From Podarcis liolepis (taxonomy: Eukaryota): DNA of 64,000 nucleotides. The position numbers were made by a program, and so were the translations under genes. Location: NCBI GenBank assembly GCA_965112155.1, contig OZ218098.1, one strand, 5' to 3'. Below the pieces are notes generated by a model that saw nothing but the letters and a program-made list of their open reading frames with translations, did no database searches and was not told where the DNA came from. Shown piece by piece: positions 49,401 to 64,000 of this stretch; position 1 is the stretch's first letter; each line of letters begins with the position of its first letter.

Positions 49401-50820
49401 AGCAGCTGCATGTGGAGGAGCGGAGACGCGAACCCGGTTCACCAGATTACAAGTCTACCACTCTTAACCACTACACCACACTGGCTCTGCCAGAGAGGGA
49501 GGCCTGGAGGACTGTGTTTGGTCCCCAGGCCTGAGGTTCTCCATCCCTGATTGAGACCAACATCTTGGTTCCCAGTTACCAACCAGATGCCTCTGGGAAG
49601 CCCAACGTGAGGGTAAAAACCATCCCGTCCCCCCAGTAAATGGCAATTCAGAGACAGTTGGAGCTGGCCTATGACCATCATGATTAGTTACAACTGATAC
49701 TTTTAAAAGCAAAGTGGGAAATAAGATTATCTAAATCCTCGTGTTAAAACTCGACTGTTAGCTGACTGTGCCTCTTCAGACTGTGGGTGGGTGATCAAAT
49801 GGAGAAATGCTTTCTGATATTTTAGGTATACACTTGTCTGTGCAGAAAAATTATCAGTGGGAGGGAATGTGGACACTCATCCCTCACTTGTAGTCTTTAA
49901 GAATTTGGGGGAGCATATGGCTTCTATACAACTGGGCATCACAGGAGCCAACTCCTAGGGGCTGTGGGGGCTTTGGCCCCTACAATAAAATATTTAAGGG
50001 GGCCAGGCCCCCATAAAGTTGATGGGCATTTCCATTCAAATGGTGTGTGTGCACTATATCATGTGATCGATTATGCGGAGCAGGGTTTACCTGGGCCCCC
50101 ACAATATTTTATTTAAATTGGCACCCCTGCTGGGCATTCAGAAGCATCACTGCCTCTTGACAGCAGCGCAGCCCCATGAATCCTCTTTTATAGGCACCTA
50201 AGCTGGTGGCCACCACTGGGGGAGCAGTCACGGAGGCTAATACTCTGCTTTAAACCATGGTAGAGCATTGGCTACTTGGTGATACTGCCTGGCAGCACTC
50301 TCCTCCCTTCTCTGGCACTGCGATACCTTGAAGGAGAACACGGAGGGGATCACGCCTGCCTTCAGCCTCTTCTGTCCTCCATACACCTCGAATTCATCCT
50401 GGAAGAAATGATCTGAGCAGATGCAGGCGCCGGAGCCTGGGATCCACAGCTTCCTGGAGCCGGGCTCGATGCGATTCACAGCCAGCATCCACTTCTTCCT
50501 CAGTTCGTGGGCTTTGGGGAAGCTGCAGGAGGAAGAAGAGATGGGAAACTATAAATCCCACTGACTTTCCCCACATGGGCTGATGGTGCAGGTGACGACA
50601 CCGACTGACACAAAGCCCCGCCCACAACCTCACACCGGGCCCCGCCCCCTGGTAGCCAAAGCCCCGCCCCTGCCGCTAATAGGCTTAGAACCACCCACAC
50701 TCTCCATGAGGAGGCCCTATTACGGTATTCAGATGCAGACCTGTGGAATGAGAGGCCCTTGGCCCGGTTCTCCCGCGTGTCCCGGTTGGGGCAGTTAACG
50801 GCCGAGCAAGCTTTAGGCAT
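31627..50820 (-). CDS. THAP9-like P-element transposase-derived protein, spliced CDS of about 907 aa
   Basis: Join (minus) 50820-50741,50522-50327,39284-39165,38292-38064,37265-37112,33571-31627 = 2724 nt, open, all introns GT-AG. Contains a THAP C2CH finger, EHQY, a coiled coil, and VTSDATA / YYFDPSHLL / ATQLFSE / SLDPLE / CAEC motifs collinear with human THAP9 as I recall it. Orthology to THAP9 is unresolved, so no symbol is given. Confidence 0.92.
34425..34639. mobile_element. Tc1/mariner-type MITE, family copy 2
   Basis: TA-flanked CAGTGGTACC...GGTACCACTG. Confidence 0.88.
35036..35069 (+). repeat. (AC)17 microsatellite
   Basis: Read directly. Confidence 0.95.
36757..37008 (-). mobile_element. 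tRNA-derived SINE with (CTT)n tail (Squam3-like)
   Basis: Minus strand has A box TGGTGTAGTGG, B box GGTTCGATTCC and a (CTT)n tail; nearly identical to 49238-49488. Family name from recall. Confidence 0.85.
37112..37265 (-). CDS. THAP9-like exon 5 (helix-turn-helix region)
   Basis: DLQLT...YPAATRNFAVSLHLFSAKAYEFVKKTFQLPEVTTLRT; cagcag acceptor, gtatgt donor; phase 1/2. Confidence 0.92.
37697..37914. repeat. Long imperfect inverted repeat (foldback/MITE-like)
   Basis: Arms of about 95 bp, e.g. ACCAGAAGTAATGTATTTAGTGTTAACT / AGTTAACACTAAATACATTACTTCTGGT, with a loop of about 17 nt. Confidence 0.85.
38064..38292 (-). CDS. THAP9-like exon 4 (EHQY motif + coiled coil)
   Basis: VELIQAEHQYS...LESLREQHLLQKDMEHTLRSQFS; ctgtag acceptor, gtaagc donor. 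Confidence 0.9.
39165..39284 (-). CDS. THAP9-like exon 3 (low-complexity linker)
   Basis: ctttctcaatacag|EPTKGKHPSK...AQAKA|gtacgt, phase 0/0. Based on splice signals only, no homology support. Confidence 0.65.
40868..40903 (+). repeat. (GATA)9 microsatellite
   Basis: Read directly. Confidence 0.95.
41704..42078. mobile_element. Old hAT-like non-autonomous element
   Basis: CAGGGGTGAGGAAAC...CCTGAGGTTTCCTAACACC; related pieces near 38660-38870 and 48988-49549. Confidence 0.55.
44300..44410. repeat. Short palindromic MITE-like element
   Basis: ACTAAGCTTTACTCAGAGTACACCCACTGAA / TTCAATGGGTCTACTCTGAGTAAAACTTAGT inverted arms; diverged relatives near 2500 and 42130-42230. Confidence 0.6.
45294..45545. 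mobile_element. hAT-type MITE (same family as 9653, opposite orientation)
   Basis: CAGGGGTAGGCAA...TTGCTGACCCCTG; degenerate 8-bp TSD ACATAGTA/ATATAGCA. Confidence 0.82.
45590..45916. mobile_element. Tc1/mariner-type MITE (distinct family)
   Basis: TA-flanked TIRs CAGTGGTGCCCCGCAAGACGAA / TTCGTCTTGCGAGGCACCACTG; internal TAAGCCG tandem units. Confidence 0.85.
46362..46730 (-). mobile_element. L2-type LINE 3' end with (TAAA)n/(TAA)n tail
   Basis: Simple-repeat tail; the minus strand reads RQRAFSVVALALLNA, resembling the L2 ORF2 C-terminal RAFSVxAPxLWNxLP motif. Confidence 0.7.
47275..47516. mobile_element. Tc1/mariner-type MITE, family copy 3
   Basis: TA-flanked CAGTGGTACC...GGTACCACTG. Confidence 0.88.
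47811..48031 (+). mobile_element. Older tRNA/CORE-type SINE
   Basis: A-box-like and B-box-like (GAGTTCAAATCC) head and a CORE-like TCTCTCAGCCTAACCTAC; relatives near 35210-35385 and 63150-63350. Confidence 0.65.
48190..48500 (+). mobile_element. L2-type LINE 3' remnant
   Basis: RERAFSVVAPHLCNAL...FRRQAKTFLF peptide. Confidence 0.65.
49238..49488 (-). mobile_element. tRNA-derived SINE with (CTT)n tail (Squam3-like), copy 2
   Basis: Near-identical to 36757-37008; nested in an older hAT-like element. Confidence 0.85.
50327..50522 (-). CDS. THAP9-like exon 2 (THAP domain, C-terminal part)
   Basis: FPKAHELRKKWMLAVNRIEPGSRKLWIPGSGACICSDHF...LKAGVIPSVF; 196 nt. Confidence 0.95.
50741..50820 (-). 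CDS. THAP9-like exon 1 (THAP domain, N-terminal part)
   Basis: MPKACSAVNCPNRDTRENRAKGLSFH; 80 nt; donor AG|gtctgc. Confidence 0.93.
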
Positions 50821-51022
50821 CGTCTCCCACTCCGCGGCGAAAAGCCCCAATCCCGGCTCCCGCCAAGCGCGGTTACTTTGCCTCGAGCGTCATGGCGGCA
50901 ACGTCCGCGGCGCACTCTGGACTGACCCCGTTGGCGACCCGTCGGAGGGAAACACCCCGCGCGCGGATTGGTCCCCGCGGCGACCTGTTGCCGGCCGCGG
51001 TGGGTGCTGGGAAAAAGAAAAC
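50821..51022. promoter_or_regulatory. Bidirectional CpG-island promoter region (THAP9-like / ARFGAP2)
   Basis: 202 bp between divergent ATGs; CpG-rich; ATTGG (CCAAT box) at 50967-50971; YY1-like CATGGCGGC at 50891 and 51022; GC boxes at 50610-50670. Confidence 0.85.
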
Positions 51023-62993
<11,971 letters not shown>

Positions 62994-64000
62994 GTAAAAG
63001 TGATGAGTCCCATCTGGAAAGGAGTTTCTTGAAGGAACTGTTCAGGGACATACATGACTGCTCTTTAACCAGCACCTGACAAAAGGGCCTCTTAGGCTTT
63101 CCCAAGGCATTTTGCCTCAAGCACTGTCCAAAAGACACCAGTTTCAAAATGGCACCGTATTGTGGTCTGATGGACTAAACTTCAGAGATGAGGGTTCAAA
63201 TTTCCACTCAGCCATGAAGCTCCCTAGGTGACCTTGTTTCTCAGCCTAACCTATCCCGCAGGGTGGTTGTTAGGATAAAACAGGGAGGGAGAGAAACCTA
63301 ATGTGACACCCAAAGCTCCCAGGAGGAAAGGTGGGGCATAAATGTAATAATAGCAACAACATTTGCAATCAATACGAATGGATCTCAGAGCAATGCTTTG
63401 ACTAAGCCACTGATAAATGCTGGTTGCTCGAGTGATAGTCGCTCTGTTGCTGATTAGAGTAGGGGGCTTTTGTCTTTGTTTAACTGAGGAAAATAGTGAC
63501 CAGGTTTACACACTGCAGAAACCATAGTTTAGAAAAACAATTCACTAAACCTGTGGCTTAATGTGAACAAGCAATGTGCCTTAAGTGTACTGCTGAAAGG
63601 TTCTCACTGCACTCCCTGCCTGCTCCTGCTCCTGCTGCTCTGTGGACAAAACAAGCCAGACTTTGGCTTCTTGTAGCTTCTGGGCCATGGCCTGAAATTT
63701 GTTTGTCTCCAAACCACAAGCAGTAACAAAGGTTTGTACTTGGGTAGCTACTTGTGGGTTCTTCAGGGGAACAAACCCAACTCTGCCTGGTTTTGACTGT
63801 GGCATATCAGGAACGGGAAGAGTGCTGTGGAAACTTTGGAACAGCCAGCAACATGACACACTGATTATTCATTTAAAACTGGCTGGGTTTCAGCTATGGT
63901 TTAATGTGCTGTGTGAATCAATCCAGTGTATGACATAGCGCTTAGCTGAGGGGGCTTATGACATCCAACTAACTTGGAGTTGAACAGATGCGGTTCCAAT

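Overview
Vertebrate genomic DNA, most likely a squamate lizard (inferred from the SINE, MITE and LINE types; not proven). Three spliced genes were reconstructed by hand with frame-consistent splice sites. (1) PACSIN3 on +: CpG-island 5' end near 0.6-2.2 kb, coding exons 21084-29930, about 436 aa. (2) An intact, intron-containing THAP9-like gene (P-element transposase-derived) on -: 6 coding exons 50820-31627, about 907 aa, with a THAP zinc finger, an HCF-1-type EHQY motif, a coiled coil and an RNase H-like transposase core. (3) The 5' part of ARFGAP2 on +: 12 exons 51023-62993, running off the window. The THAP9-like gene lies between PACSIN3 and ARFGAP2, which are direct neighbours in human. 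It is head-to-head with ARFGAP2 (202 bp between the ATGs) and tail-to-tail with PACSIN3. It is the main finding: a probable second domesticated THAP9 paralog, or a relocated THAP9, with partly eroded transposase motifs. Other features are a young 5'-truncated L1 with an 18-bp TSD, Tc1/mariner-type and hAT-type MITEs, tRNA-derived SINEs, L2/CR1 remnants, a GC-AG intron and candidate in-frame cassette exons. Homology statements come from my recall of the human and Drosophila proteins; no search was run.
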